Sequence record: PZ171032.1
Strand: one strand, 5' to 3'
DNA from: a phage
DNA: 64,000 nucleotides
The stretch's first letter is position 1, and every line of letters begins with the position of its first letter. The position numbers and the translations under genes were made by a program. The notes beneath the pieces were generated by a model. It worked only from the letters and a program-made list of their open reading frames with translations. It did no database searches and was not told the DNA's origin. Shown here in pieces: positions 45,383-54,300 of this stretch.

Positions 45383-46843
45383 ATGGATAGCAGAAGTTCA
45401 GAAATCATTGCCTCGCAGAAAGATGATGCCCTGAGAATGTTGCAGGCTGCACGTATGTATCTCCTTGAAAAGCTGCCGTTTTATGGCACACTACTGTCAG
45501 GGTTGCAGTTCGTAGAAAACCACACATGGTGCTCCACCATGGCAACCGACCATAAACGCATCTATTACAGTCCTGAGTTCATTATGGGATTGGCTGATGA
45601 GCGCAAGGCTATTCTTAAGGCTTCTCTAACTGACGAGCAGTTTGAGATGGCTGAAGTTTTCTATTCCCCAAAATCTGTGAAAGAGGTGGCCTTCCTTCTG
45701 TCACATGAGGTGGGGCATATTATCTGTGATCATCTAGTCCGTGGTAAAAGCTTTGAGCCGGAACTGTTCAATATTGCTTGTGATCACGTTATCAACACAG
45801 GCCTTGTGGTTGACTTTAGCAAACCTCCTTGTGTTTTCTTCCCGAAGGGGAAAAGCACTACGTTCATGAAAGGTAAGCCTTTTGGCTTCTTAGCCAGCTG
45901 CTACTGTGACATGAGGTTTCATGGATGGATTGCTGAGAACGTTTATGCAGTTCTTGATAAGCAAAGAGATCAGAATAACGGTAAAAGTAAGAACGGTAAA
46001 GGTGAGAACTCTCAAAGTGATAAGCGACAAACCGATGATCACATGAGTGGGAACGGTGGCACCAGTGATAATCTTGGAAAGGCTATGGGGTATGATCAGC
46101 CACAACCTGTAATCAGCCAATCTGATAAAGATCAGGCCATGCAGGACTCTGGTGATATGCTGGAGGCAGCAATGCAAGCTTCCGGAGGTCGTTGCCCTGA
46201 GGCGGTGCGTGAGTTTGTCAAGAACAGGGGTAAGCCTGTAATCAACTATATAGACATCATTAAGCAACGCATGTTGTCTAAACGAAAGGCTGAACTGACC
46301 TACAGAAAACCTGGTCGCCGATCTGGGTCTTTGACCAGCACAATGCGAAAAGTTGGGGCTATAAACAAGAACCAGCACGTTATTGTTCCCGGTCGTAATC
46401 CGGAAAACACCATAGATATTGTTGTAGCTTTAGACGTTTCTGGCTCGATCTCTCAAAGAACTTTAAAGAAAATGTTCAATGAAATCACCGGATTGTGCAA
46501 TCTGTATAAAGAGTTTAAGGTTACAATGTTCTGTTGGTCAACTGAGGTTGGAGAGGTTAAAGTATACACTCGCGGTAACATAGATGAGATGATCAACTAT
46601 GAGGTCCACTCAACATGGGGCACAACAGCTGCTTGCGTGTTCGAGTATCTAGATGCCAACATACCAAATGCAAAAGATGTCATCGTATTGACCGACCTAT
46701 ACTTTGAGCATAACTTTGAACAAAAGGCTGTTGACAACAAGTGGAAAAAGTACGATACTTTATGGGTTCTCACCGAAGGGTATAATAAAAATTATATCCC
46801 TAGCTTTGGGAAAACTGTGGAATTAATCGAGTACGCTAAGTAA
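45383..46843 (+). CDS. vWA-domain protein with N-terminal putative metallopeptidase-like domain (HExxH)
   Basis: HEVGH motif in N-terminal half; MIDAS-like D-x-S-G-S (VVALDVSGSIS) in C-terminal half; start moved to ATG 45383 with GGAG RBS, alternative ATG at 45362. Confidence 0.7.
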   Translation: MDSRSSEIIASQKDDALRMLQAARMYLLEKLPFYGTLLSGLQFVENHTWCSTMATDHKRIYYSPEFIMGLADERKAILKASLTDEQFEMAEVFYSPKSVKEVAFLLSHEVGHIICDHLVRGKSFEPELFNIACDHVINTGLVVDFSKPPCVFFPKGKSTTFMKGKPFGFLASCYCDMRFHGWIAENVYAVLDKQRDQNNGKSKNGKGENSQSDKRQTDDHMSGNGGTSDNLGKAMGYDQPQPVISQSDKDQAMQDSGDMLEAAMQASGGRCPEAVREFVKNRGKPVINYIDIIKQRMLSKRKAELTYRKPGRRSGSLTSTMRKVGAINKNQHVIVPGRNPENTIDIVVALDVSGSISQRTLKKMFNEITGLCNLYKEFKVTMFCWSTEVGEVKVYTRGNIDEMINYEVHSTWGTTAACVFEYLDANIPNAKDVIVLTDLYFEHNFEQKAVDNKWKKYDTLWVLTEGYNKNYIPSFGKTVELIEYAK

Positions 46844-46858
46844 GAGAGGAGGTTATTT

Positions 46859-47122
46859 ATGGCAACAGAGTTAAAATTTGCATCAAACCGTAAAACTAAG
46901 AAGTATCTGTCCTCAGTAGCTCCAGGCACTGTGGTGATGTTTGTTGATGAACTTGGGGATGTGAATACAGCACTTGTTGTAAAATCACATCCTGCAAACA
47001 TATATGTTGGGGTATTTGACCTGTTCAGAAAGGTGTTTGTAGAACTGCCTCACAGTTTGGTTGTTACAGAAATGGATGCCTGCATAGAAATTCTTGGCGA
47101 AGTTATGGTGGAGGAACAATAA
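46859..47122 (+). CDS. hypothetical protein, tandem paralogue 1 of 4
   Basis: four consecutive about 87-aa ORFs with shared pattern (K..GTVV...D.......V...ELD..I.ILGE). Confidence 0.6.
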   Translation: MATELKFASNRKTKKYLSSVAPGTVVMFVDELGDVNTALVVKSHPANIYVGVFDLFRKVFVELPHSLVVTEMDACIEILGEVMVEEQ

Positions 47123-47385
47123 TGGCTACCAGCATTGTATTCAATTCTAAGGTGAAGAACAAAAAGCGTGCAGACAGTTTTCCGTGTGGGACCGTGGTAA
47201 GTTGCGACGGAGACGGCATTCAAAACATAGTTATGATTGTCAAAACAGGAGAACATTGTGTGTGGGGGTTCGATTTAGAAAATAATGAGTTGTACGATCT
47301 GCCGCCAAACATGAAAGTTACAGAGCTTGACACCAAAATTACCATCCTTGGAGAGACAAGCTATTCAAAAGAAGGAGGAGAATAA
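47122..47385 (+). CDS. hypothetical protein, tandem paralogue 2 of 4
   Basis: paralogue; ATGA overlap. Confidence 0.6.
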   Translation: MATSIVFNSKVKNKKRADSFPCGTVVSCDGDGIQNIVMIVKTGEHCVWGFDLENNELYDLPPNMKVTELDTKITILGETSYSKEGGE

Positions 47386-47648
47386 TGACCACAAAAATCA
47401 CTATCGCAGAACCGAAAGCTAACACTCAGCCTATCGAAAAGTTTAAGTGCGGTGAGGTGGTAACATTCACACCAGATAATGAAGATGCTAAGATTTTCGC
47501 AATGGTCACAGCTGAGTGGATGTGTGACAACACCACACAGGTTCTGCGTTTTGACACCTATCTTACCGATGAAATCAGGAACGACAAGATTGTGACTGGT
47601 GTGGATACTGAGATTGTTTTCTACAAGAGCTTTTTAGAGGGTTTCTGA
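47385..47648 (+). CDS. hypothetical protein, tandem paralogue 3 of 4
   Basis: paralogue; ATGA overlap. Confidence 0.6.
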   Translation: MTTKITIAEPKANTQPIEKFKCGEVVTFTPDNEDAKIFAMVTAEWMCDNTTQVLRFDTYLTDEIRNDKIVTGVDTEIVFYKSFLEGF

Positions 47649-47649
47649 T

Positions 47650-47883
47650 ATGGCAAAAATTAGAAAATTATCTAGCAATCAGGTTGTGAAAGACTTCGAA
47701 TCTGGAGAGATTCTTTATGTTCGTGATGCAGATGACGAAGGTGAAGATCTCGTTATGTTGGTGGGGCACGCTGAGGACGGATGCATCCAAGCTGTTTTTC
47801 TTGAAACAGCTATGGTGCACTGGATAGAGCTGGACCTGAAAGCACGAAAACCTAAAGCAGAAATCCTGATTTACGAAGATTAA
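47650..47883 (+). CDS. hypothetical protein, tandem paralogue 4 of 4
   Basis: paralogue, more divergent. Confidence 0.55.
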   Translation: MAKIRKLSSNQVVKDFESGEILYVRDADDEGEDLVMLVGHAEDGCIQAVFLETAMVHWIELDLKARKPKAEILIYED

Positions 47884-47899
47884 CAAAAAGGAGATAGCC

Positions 47900-48349
47900 G
47901 TGTTGAGCAAACGTGAATGCGACAGCATTAGCCTGAATTCTTATAAGAAACAATGGTTTGGGGTGGAAGTTTGCCGACTGCGGCTAGGCTCCTACCTGAA
48001 CTTCGTTTATTATGAGAGTGACAGTCGTATCGTTTCTTATGAAGTGTTCTACACTAAGAACACATTCGAACTGCGCCGTAAAGTAGATGGCGGGAGAACT
48101 ACCCCCCAGAATAATTGGGAAACTATTCTGCCTCCAGATGTTATAGGAAGTCCCCTGAATGTATCTGAAGATGAAAATCTTATGGTTCATGCTATGATGG
48201 GACTTGACAGCTTAGAGCTGGCAATCTATGATATGTCCATCGAAGCAGTTAAGCTGGACTACATCGAAAACACTTTAGAGGAAGGTATCAAGAAGTTTCT
48301 CAGTGAGAAATTAAAAGACCACTTTCATAAGGAGCTATATCTGTTATGA
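47900..48349 (+). CDS. hypothetical protein
   Basis: AAGGAGA RBS then GTG start. Confidence 0.55.
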   Translation: MLSKRECDSISLNSYKKQWFGVEVCRLRLGSYLNFVYYESDSRIVSYEVFYTKNTFELRRKVDGGRTTPQNNWETILPPDVIGSPLNVSEDENLMVHAMMGLDSLELAIYDMSIEAVKLDYIENTLEEGIKKFLSEKLKDHFHKELYLL

Positions 48350-48591
48350 AGACCCGTAAAGAACGTAACAAAATTTTACCTGGAGCTCTCGAACACCTGA
48401 TGAAGTGCAGATCTATTTGGCACTCTGCCAAGGAAGGGCAGAAGGTGGTTGTGGTTAGTGACAATACCAACCCGTTTGGAGATTATACCACCATGATGGC
48501 CCCATATGTCCGTGATGGCGTTGTAGAAGTGGTCCCTTACAACGGTTTGCATGAACGGCACTTTGAAAGCACTTTGCTAGTGGAGCTATAG
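48346..48591 (+). CDS. hypothetical protein
   Basis: ATGA overlap. Confidence 0.5.
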   Translation: MKTRKERNKILPGALEHLMKCRSIWHSAKEGQKVVVVSDNTNPFGDYTTMMAPYVRDGVVEVVPYNGLHERHFESTLLVEL

Positions 48592-48593
48592 TC

Positions 48594-49160
48594 ATGGCGG
48601 TCAATGTGGCTTACAACACAGGAAAGCTTGACAGAGACATTGGGTGTCTTGTCCTTTCAGATACAGAAGAGTATTGGGGTTATGGGTTGCTGTCAGACCC
48701 ACACCCGAGCAACCTTGTATCAACAGTGCTATACCGCTACGACCCTGTGCCAACGGTACACGACAAAGACATTCACGACCTTCGGATCAAGTGTCTGGAA
48801 GATCTGCTGAACAATGGTTGCAACGATCTGCGGGTAGCCAAGGAGAAGCTTACAAACATTCACAAAGAGGAAGTGATGAGTACCCTCAGTAAAAGATCAG
48901 TGCACAAAAAGATGATGCTGAACTTTGCAATGGGTATCTACATGGATGGGTATAAGGGAGGGGATCCGATCCTCAAGCTTCGCTGCCCGACACTGTGGGA
49001 AAGAGTGGTTGACAGTAAGGACGGTACTGCCCTGCTCGAACTCCACACTGCAGGTTGGATTTGGCGGTATGTAGACGGATACCCTCTGTGGGCATGTGGA
49101 CCTGGGGAATTTGTTGACAGACCTAGCGCGGTGGTGGACTTACTATTGCAGTTTGAATAA
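48594..49160 (+). CDS. hypothetical protein
   Basis: ORF. Confidence 0.55.
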   Translation: MAVNVAYNTGKLDRDIGCLVLSDTEEYWGYGLLSDPHPSNLVSTVLYRYDPVPTVHDKDIHDLRIKCLEDLLNNGCNDLRVAKEKLTNIHKEEVMSTLSKRSVHKKMMLNFAMGIYMDGYKGGDPILKLRCPTLWERVVDSKDGTALLELHTAGWIWRYVDGYPLWACGPGEFVDRPSAVVDLLLQFE

Positions 49161-49217
49161 AAAGGTGAGTTATAAGGTATTCATACACCTACCAACAATA
49201 CAACAGGAGAGACTAAG

Positions 49218-49493
49218 ATGACGAAAGAAGAGGCCGACGTATTAGATTTTGCACTAGAGGCTACGCAGGAGGCTTTGGTGTTAGCTTGGAAAATGAACCA
49301 GCGTGCTGCAGAATGCAACCGCCGCATCAATGAGATCTTGGGCATGTCTATGTATGATTTCACCATGCATGCCGGAGAGATTCCTGAATTAACTGCCGAG
49401 ATGAATGATCTTGACGATAAAATTAATATCATTCTGAAGACAGCAGAAACAACTCACCAAACCGCCCGTAAATTTATCAACGAGAAGGTGTGA
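49218..49493 (+). CDS. hypothetical protein
   Basis: AGGAGAGA RBS. Confidence 0.5.
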   Translation: MTKEEADVLDFALEATQEALVLAWKMNQRAAECNRRINEILGMSMYDFTMHAGEIPELTAEMNDLDDKINIILKTAETTHQTARKFINEKV

Positions 49494-49960
49494 ATATGGA
49501 CTACAGCTACTGCGGGGAAGAAGTCCCTTTTAATTACAGCAATCTTACCACGAGCAATCCATATGAGACTCGCCACGGCACGCACATCATTGCCATCGAC
49601 TTTGATGGAACGTTTAATGCGAGCCCTTTCATCTTCTCCCGCCTGATCAGGGATCTGAAGAAGGAGGGGTGGACAGTCTACCTTGTGACTTTCCGATTCA
49701 TTACTCAAGACAATGTAGACATTGAGTATTGGCGCAAGGAGCTCGATGTTGGTGTGTTCTACACAGGTGGTGTTCAGAAGGCAGCCTACCTGGCGCAGTT
49801 TGATATCTACCCAGATATCTGGATTGATGATTCTCCGGCATGTATTCCGGCTAAGAATCAGTTAGAGTTTGCAATGAAGGAGATTGAGTATAAGTCTGAG
49901 GCTAAGCGGAACGGATGGCCCTTTATTATTGAAGATTACCCAGATCCTGAACCGGAGTAA
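49490..49960 (+). CDS. HAD-superfamily phosphatase-like protein (possible nucleotidase)
   Basis: HAD motif I IAIDFDGT (DxDG[T/V]) and later WIDDS acidic motif. Confidence 0.45.
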   Translation: MNMDYSYCGEEVPFNYSNLTTSNPYETRHGTHIIAIDFDGTFNASPFIFSRLIRDLKKEGWTVYLVTFRFITQDNVDIEYWRKELDVGVFYTGGVQKAAYLAQFDIYPDIWIDDSPACIPAKNQLEFAMKEIEYKSEAKRNGWPFIIEDYPDPEPE

Positions 49961-49965
49961 GAGCC

Positions 49966-50136
49966 ATGAGGCGAAGATATCATTACCTGATGTGGAAGTT
50001 ATATCAAAATGCTGCCAAAGCCTATCATACCATGTTTGGCAATGACGATCACTACATCATGTTACATCTCACCGCTATTGAGCATCACAATGAGTGGATT
50101 CATGCAATCGTGGCAGGTGATAAAGACTTTAAGTAA
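49966..50136 (+). CDS. hypothetical small protein (56 aa, His-rich)
   Basis: ATG with GGAG RBS directly after upstream stop; below track size cutoff. Confidence 0.35.
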   Translation: MRRRYHYLMWKLYQNAAKAYHTMFGNDDHYIMLHLTAIEHHNEWIHAIVAGDKDFK

Positions 50137-50186
50137 AGTATACCTCAAAAACGTATAGTGCGGCTTTCTAGACGGAGACTGATTAA

Positions 50187-50567
50187 ATGTGCAAGTGTAA
50201 ATCCTATAATTGGAAAGTGAAAGGTGCCAATCATCCAAATGTTATCGTTGATGTGCCTAAAAATCTTCGTGACGGCAAAAAACGTGTGTGCCTTGATAAG
50301 TGTATGGCTAAGCCTATCATGAGTTTGTGGGCAGCAGGTTTGAAAACGCTAAACTGCTGCTGTGGTCATAACAAAGATATTCCAAGCATCATTATCCCAG
50401 AAGATGCAGATCCTAAAGCTTATGCCAAAATACTGACCCGCTATCCCAGCACCTTCCTGATCGGAAAATGGTGTCACGATGAACTCCAATGGTGGATAGC
50501 CTATGGTAGTATAGGCACTACTTTTGGCTTCCCAGCTTTGTCAGAGCGCTATGTCAAAGTGTCATAA
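50187..50567 (+). CDS. hypothetical Cys-rich protein
   Basis: CKCK...CLDKC...NCCCGH cysteine cluster. Confidence 0.55.
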   Translation: MCKCKSYNWKVKGANHPNVIVDVPKNLRDGKKRVCLDKCMAKPIMSLWAAGLKTLNCCCGHNKDIPSIIIPEDADPKAYAKILTRYPSTFLIGKWCHDELQWWIAYGSIGTTFGFPALSERYVKVS

Positions 50568-50671
50568 TAGAATTTAAGGCCTCAAACGAGGCCTGTGCCT
50601 TCATAAATTTCCCCACCCTGTGCGATTGCCTTCCTGAATAAAATACCCTCTCAGATCTCTTAAAATTAAGC

Positions 50672-50700
50672 TTGACACCACCACCAGATCTATATATAAT
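50672..50700 (+). promoter_or_regulatory. consensus sigma70 promoter (TTGACA-N17-TATAAT)
   Basis: perfect -35 and -10 hexamers with 17-nt spacer, about 30 nt upstream of GAGGAG RBS of 50733. Confidence 0.65.
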
Positions 50701-50732
50701 TCTCACCAACCAACCAAACAGAGGAGATCGTC

Positions 50733-51140
50733 ATGGATAATCTTGCAGATGTAAATGTCGAAATTGTTAAACTAAAGTTCTTGGGCTTTCGGGACCCTTA
50801 TTCTTTAACAGCCATACTAATGGATACTCACTTCACACCAGGTAAAGAGTACACTGCCTTCCGTTATATTTGCGGAGATCACGAATCAGCTTACAGTGTG
50901 AATACAAACCTCGGCGAGGGATATTTCATCAGAGATATCACAGATCACTTGTGGGGCATGTGGGAGTTGGTGGAGGAAGAGAATAAATCCCTTCCTAAAG
51001 AGATTTGGGTGCACACCTTCCACACAGGTAAGTTTGGAGGTACGGAACATAAGTCTATCCACTATGATGAAGAAAGTGCCATCAAACAACAAGCTGTGCT
51101 TGGTGGATCTATAGAAAAATTTGTTAAATGCGAGGACTGA
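50733..51140 (+). CDS. hypothetical protein
   Basis: GAGGAG RBS. Confidence 0.55.
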   Translation: MDNLADVNVEIVKLKFLGFRDPYSLTAILMDTHFTPGKEYTAFRYICGDHESAYSVNTNLGEGYFIRDITDHLWGMWELVEEENKSLPKEIWVHTFHTGKFGGTEHKSIHYDEESAIKQQAVLGGSIEKFVKCED

Positions 51141-51143
51141 GAA

Positions 51144-51344
51144 ATGGCTGATTTTTGTAAAGATTGCTCTGAAGAGTTGTTTGGCTTTGACTGCAAAGAT
51201 TTGGAAGGTCTGATCACTGAGGATCAGTGGAAGGAAGGCTATGCAGCACCTGTTATTTGTGAAGGTTGTGGCTATACCTATGTTGACCATAAAGGTAAGC
51301 GCGTCAAGCCGTCTGAAGATGGGGCATGTTGGGAGTATTACTAA
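51144..51344 (+). CDS. hypothetical zinc-ribbon-like protein
   Basis: CKDC...CEGCG paired CxxC motifs. Confidence 0.5.
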   Translation: MADFCKDCSEELFGFDCKDLEGLITEDQWKEGYAAPVICEGCGYTYVDHKGKRVKPSEDGACWEYY

Positions 51345-51353
51345 CTATAAAAA

Positions 51354-51382
51354 GAAAGGGGCCGTTTGGCCCCTTTTTATTT
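51354..51382. terminator. bidirectional rho-independent terminator between convergent transcription units
   Basis: hairpin AGGGGCC-GTTT-GGCCCCT flanked by A-run upstream and T-run downstream, so a U-tract follows the hairpin on either strand. Confidence 0.6.
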
Positions 51383-51391
51383 ACCCCCTTG

Positions 51392-54300
51392 TTAACGAGA
51401 AAAGGTTGCGTAGGCTTCTAGACGATACTGCTGGTCACCAGGGAACATAACACCTATAGAGGCTGTCCCTAGAATCCTGCCTTCCTTTCCAGACTCCATT
51501 CTGAACCCTACCCATCCTGAACTCCTTGCAGCCTCGATGTTGTCGCTATACCCGAAAGTGGCAAGATCGTCAACACCAGCCCCAAACAGCAACTGAAGCT
51601 GACTTCTCGGAAGCCCTATAATTTCAGGAATATACGCACCAAAGTACACCATCTGCCCTACCTTAGGACCGCTGCCGTACTCCATCGGTTTGCTTGTAGA
51701 GAAAGTCTTCATACCAGAAGTACCTGCCGGATTAGGGTATGCCCCGTTTGTTGCTGTACCTATCCACATTCTCCACTGTGGTGCCATCTGTTTGACAGTA
51801 AAAGATGTTGAAGACGTTTTGCGCCCTGCATCATCTGTAACTACAAACTTTATGGTGACATTCCCAGTAGCTTTAAATGTTACCAGTCCTGTGGTGGCAT
51901 CCACTGTTGCAATGTTGGTATTACTACTTTCCCAAGTCTTTCTAATCCCGGATACGTTGGAAGGGGTAATAGAAGGTTCCTGCATCTGCAGTTTACCGCC
52001 CACAATCCCTATGCCGTTGCCAGGATTATACAGTGCACCAACCTCGTCTATAATGTTCCCTGCTTTGAGACTATACTTCCTTGAGAAATTGTAGGTTCCG
52101 TTATAAGTGTGTGTCCCTGAGAAGGTGACATCTGCCTTCCCGTAAGAGATGCAAACCAACGCATACTTCCTGTCAGGCAACGTTTCTCCAGTCTCTGGGT
52201 GAGTTTTACCTACCTGGAACACACTCGGGTCAGTAGAGTCGTGACTATCACTAACGGAGCTTGGACCGCCCATCAACTGTGACAAACAATTCCTTACCCA
52301 TGTCCAGTTATTATCGCTGGAGAAGTCCACAGTCAAATCAAACACAACCCACTCATTTGGCTTCCACACAGGTGTTGTAATGGACTTGCCTACACCACCT
52401 CCTTGGAGTGTTGCCGACTGTTCAGTGATCAGGGCCGCATAGGCCAGAGTTCCTAAACTCAGAGTCTGGCTTGCTGTCCTCACTACCTTAGAATCAGCAT
52501 CTGTGAAGTTGTTGATGATTTGGAATGTGCCATAAGTGTTTTTACAGGTAATTCTGGCGTTCAGTGTGTCAATCTTCCTCACATCTGCCATAGCAGTGTT
52601 AGACACAGAGAAGTCAGAAGCTTTAGCTGAGTTTGCCGCAACAGCAGGATCAACGTTAAGAGTTGCGTTGAACTGACAAGCAGGAGTAACCAGTAGCTTG
52701 TTATCACCTATTTGCTTCCATGAAACACTTTGAACAGGGAGATTCCATTTAATACCTGAGAAAACCTTAGCAACCCTTGGCCCCAAAGCTCCAGTCCTGT
52801 TGTCTTTACAGCACATAGACATGGTGATCGTTGACGGAGTGGCCTGACCAAATAATTGCTGTGCTTTTGCAGAGGACATAGTGTAGAAATTGTCCTTAAC
52901 AAACTCATCAGCAGCTAAAGATCCATCAGCTCTCCACCACTGAACCTGATACCCTGTTTTGTCCCAACCACCGACCTGCTTCAAGTCCTCCCAGGAGATT
53001 TCCAGATCCCCGGTGGTAGGATTGATTGCAGCAGTTCCTGGTGTTCCAGATGACCATATTGGAATATCGAACCACGCTGGTTTAACCGACTGCACTGCGC
53101 TGGGACCTATTGCGGCAGCAAGTTGCTGGCCCATCAATACGCGAGCATCTTTCACCAGACCCCACTCAATCATAGACCCAGAGTAACCTTCTTTCTTGTA
53201 GGCTGAGGATCCGTTCAAATGGATGAGTCGGCTTGTGCCAAAGTTATGTGCTCCACCACCGTTGTCGTCTGCAAAATTGGTTATGATTCTGTCCCTGATA
53301 TTTTTCCATGCCCTGCCTCCAATCTCGTAGTCATGGTCATAACATCTTTGCAGTGTTGTCCAGCAAATGATCGCCATCCTTCTACCATTGCTGAAGCCAA
53401 AGGCCTGATCGTTAAGCTCTCTCCACAAGTAGCAGTTGGTGGTCCACATGGCCCTATGAATGTTAAACCAGTTTATAGATTTGGCTGAGTTGTTCCACTG
53501 AGTCCCAGGTAATTCAGGCCATACTGCATTAACCAGCATGTCTTCTGTTCCTGCATCAACCAGGAACCCTCTCACCTTCTTACCCATGCCTACCCTATCT
53601 TTTGCAATCCAACTGCCAAACAATCTCAGTTTTGGACCGTAGACAACATCTTCCGGATGCTCAAAAGAAATATATTTTAGGTATATTGTAGGGTCACCAT
53701 AGGTGCCATCACAAACAGCTTTGTGCATGTTCTCACCAAGGTCTAGACGAAGTCCTGTTACAACTCTAGACGTGTCGGTGAATTTGTCTGTTAAATCAAA
53801 CTCATACCACCACCAACCTGCACCCAACAATACTTTCTTACAACGCTGTGCATCTGTATCAGATATTCTCTTATCGCCTGCAAAAGGTGAGTCAGCAAAC
53901 TGATAGTGCAGAGCAACCTCAAAAGGATGTGTGGATGTCCCGTTTTCTGCAAGAACTTGTTTACCTATCAGGTCGCACTTAATGATCATCACAACACGTT
54001 TGTATCCGTTTGTTACCGGAATTTGCATGGACATGGATGTCCCATCCATGTTTGATCTCAGTGCAGTCATGATGATATAAGGGTCAACGGCATTGCCCAA
54101 AGTCTCAGGACCGGGGATTATCTTATACTTCTTGACCTGCCCCATGATGTAGTCACTTGCGTAAGTTGCCTCATTCAAGCAAGATCCTCCACCAGGTAAC
54201 TCACCAGGTCCCCAGAAAAATGCGCCGTAACAGTTGTAGAACCACTTGTTAGGATCGTATTTATTCTTGAAGGTCTGAACCTCGTTGGCCTGTTTTGTCA

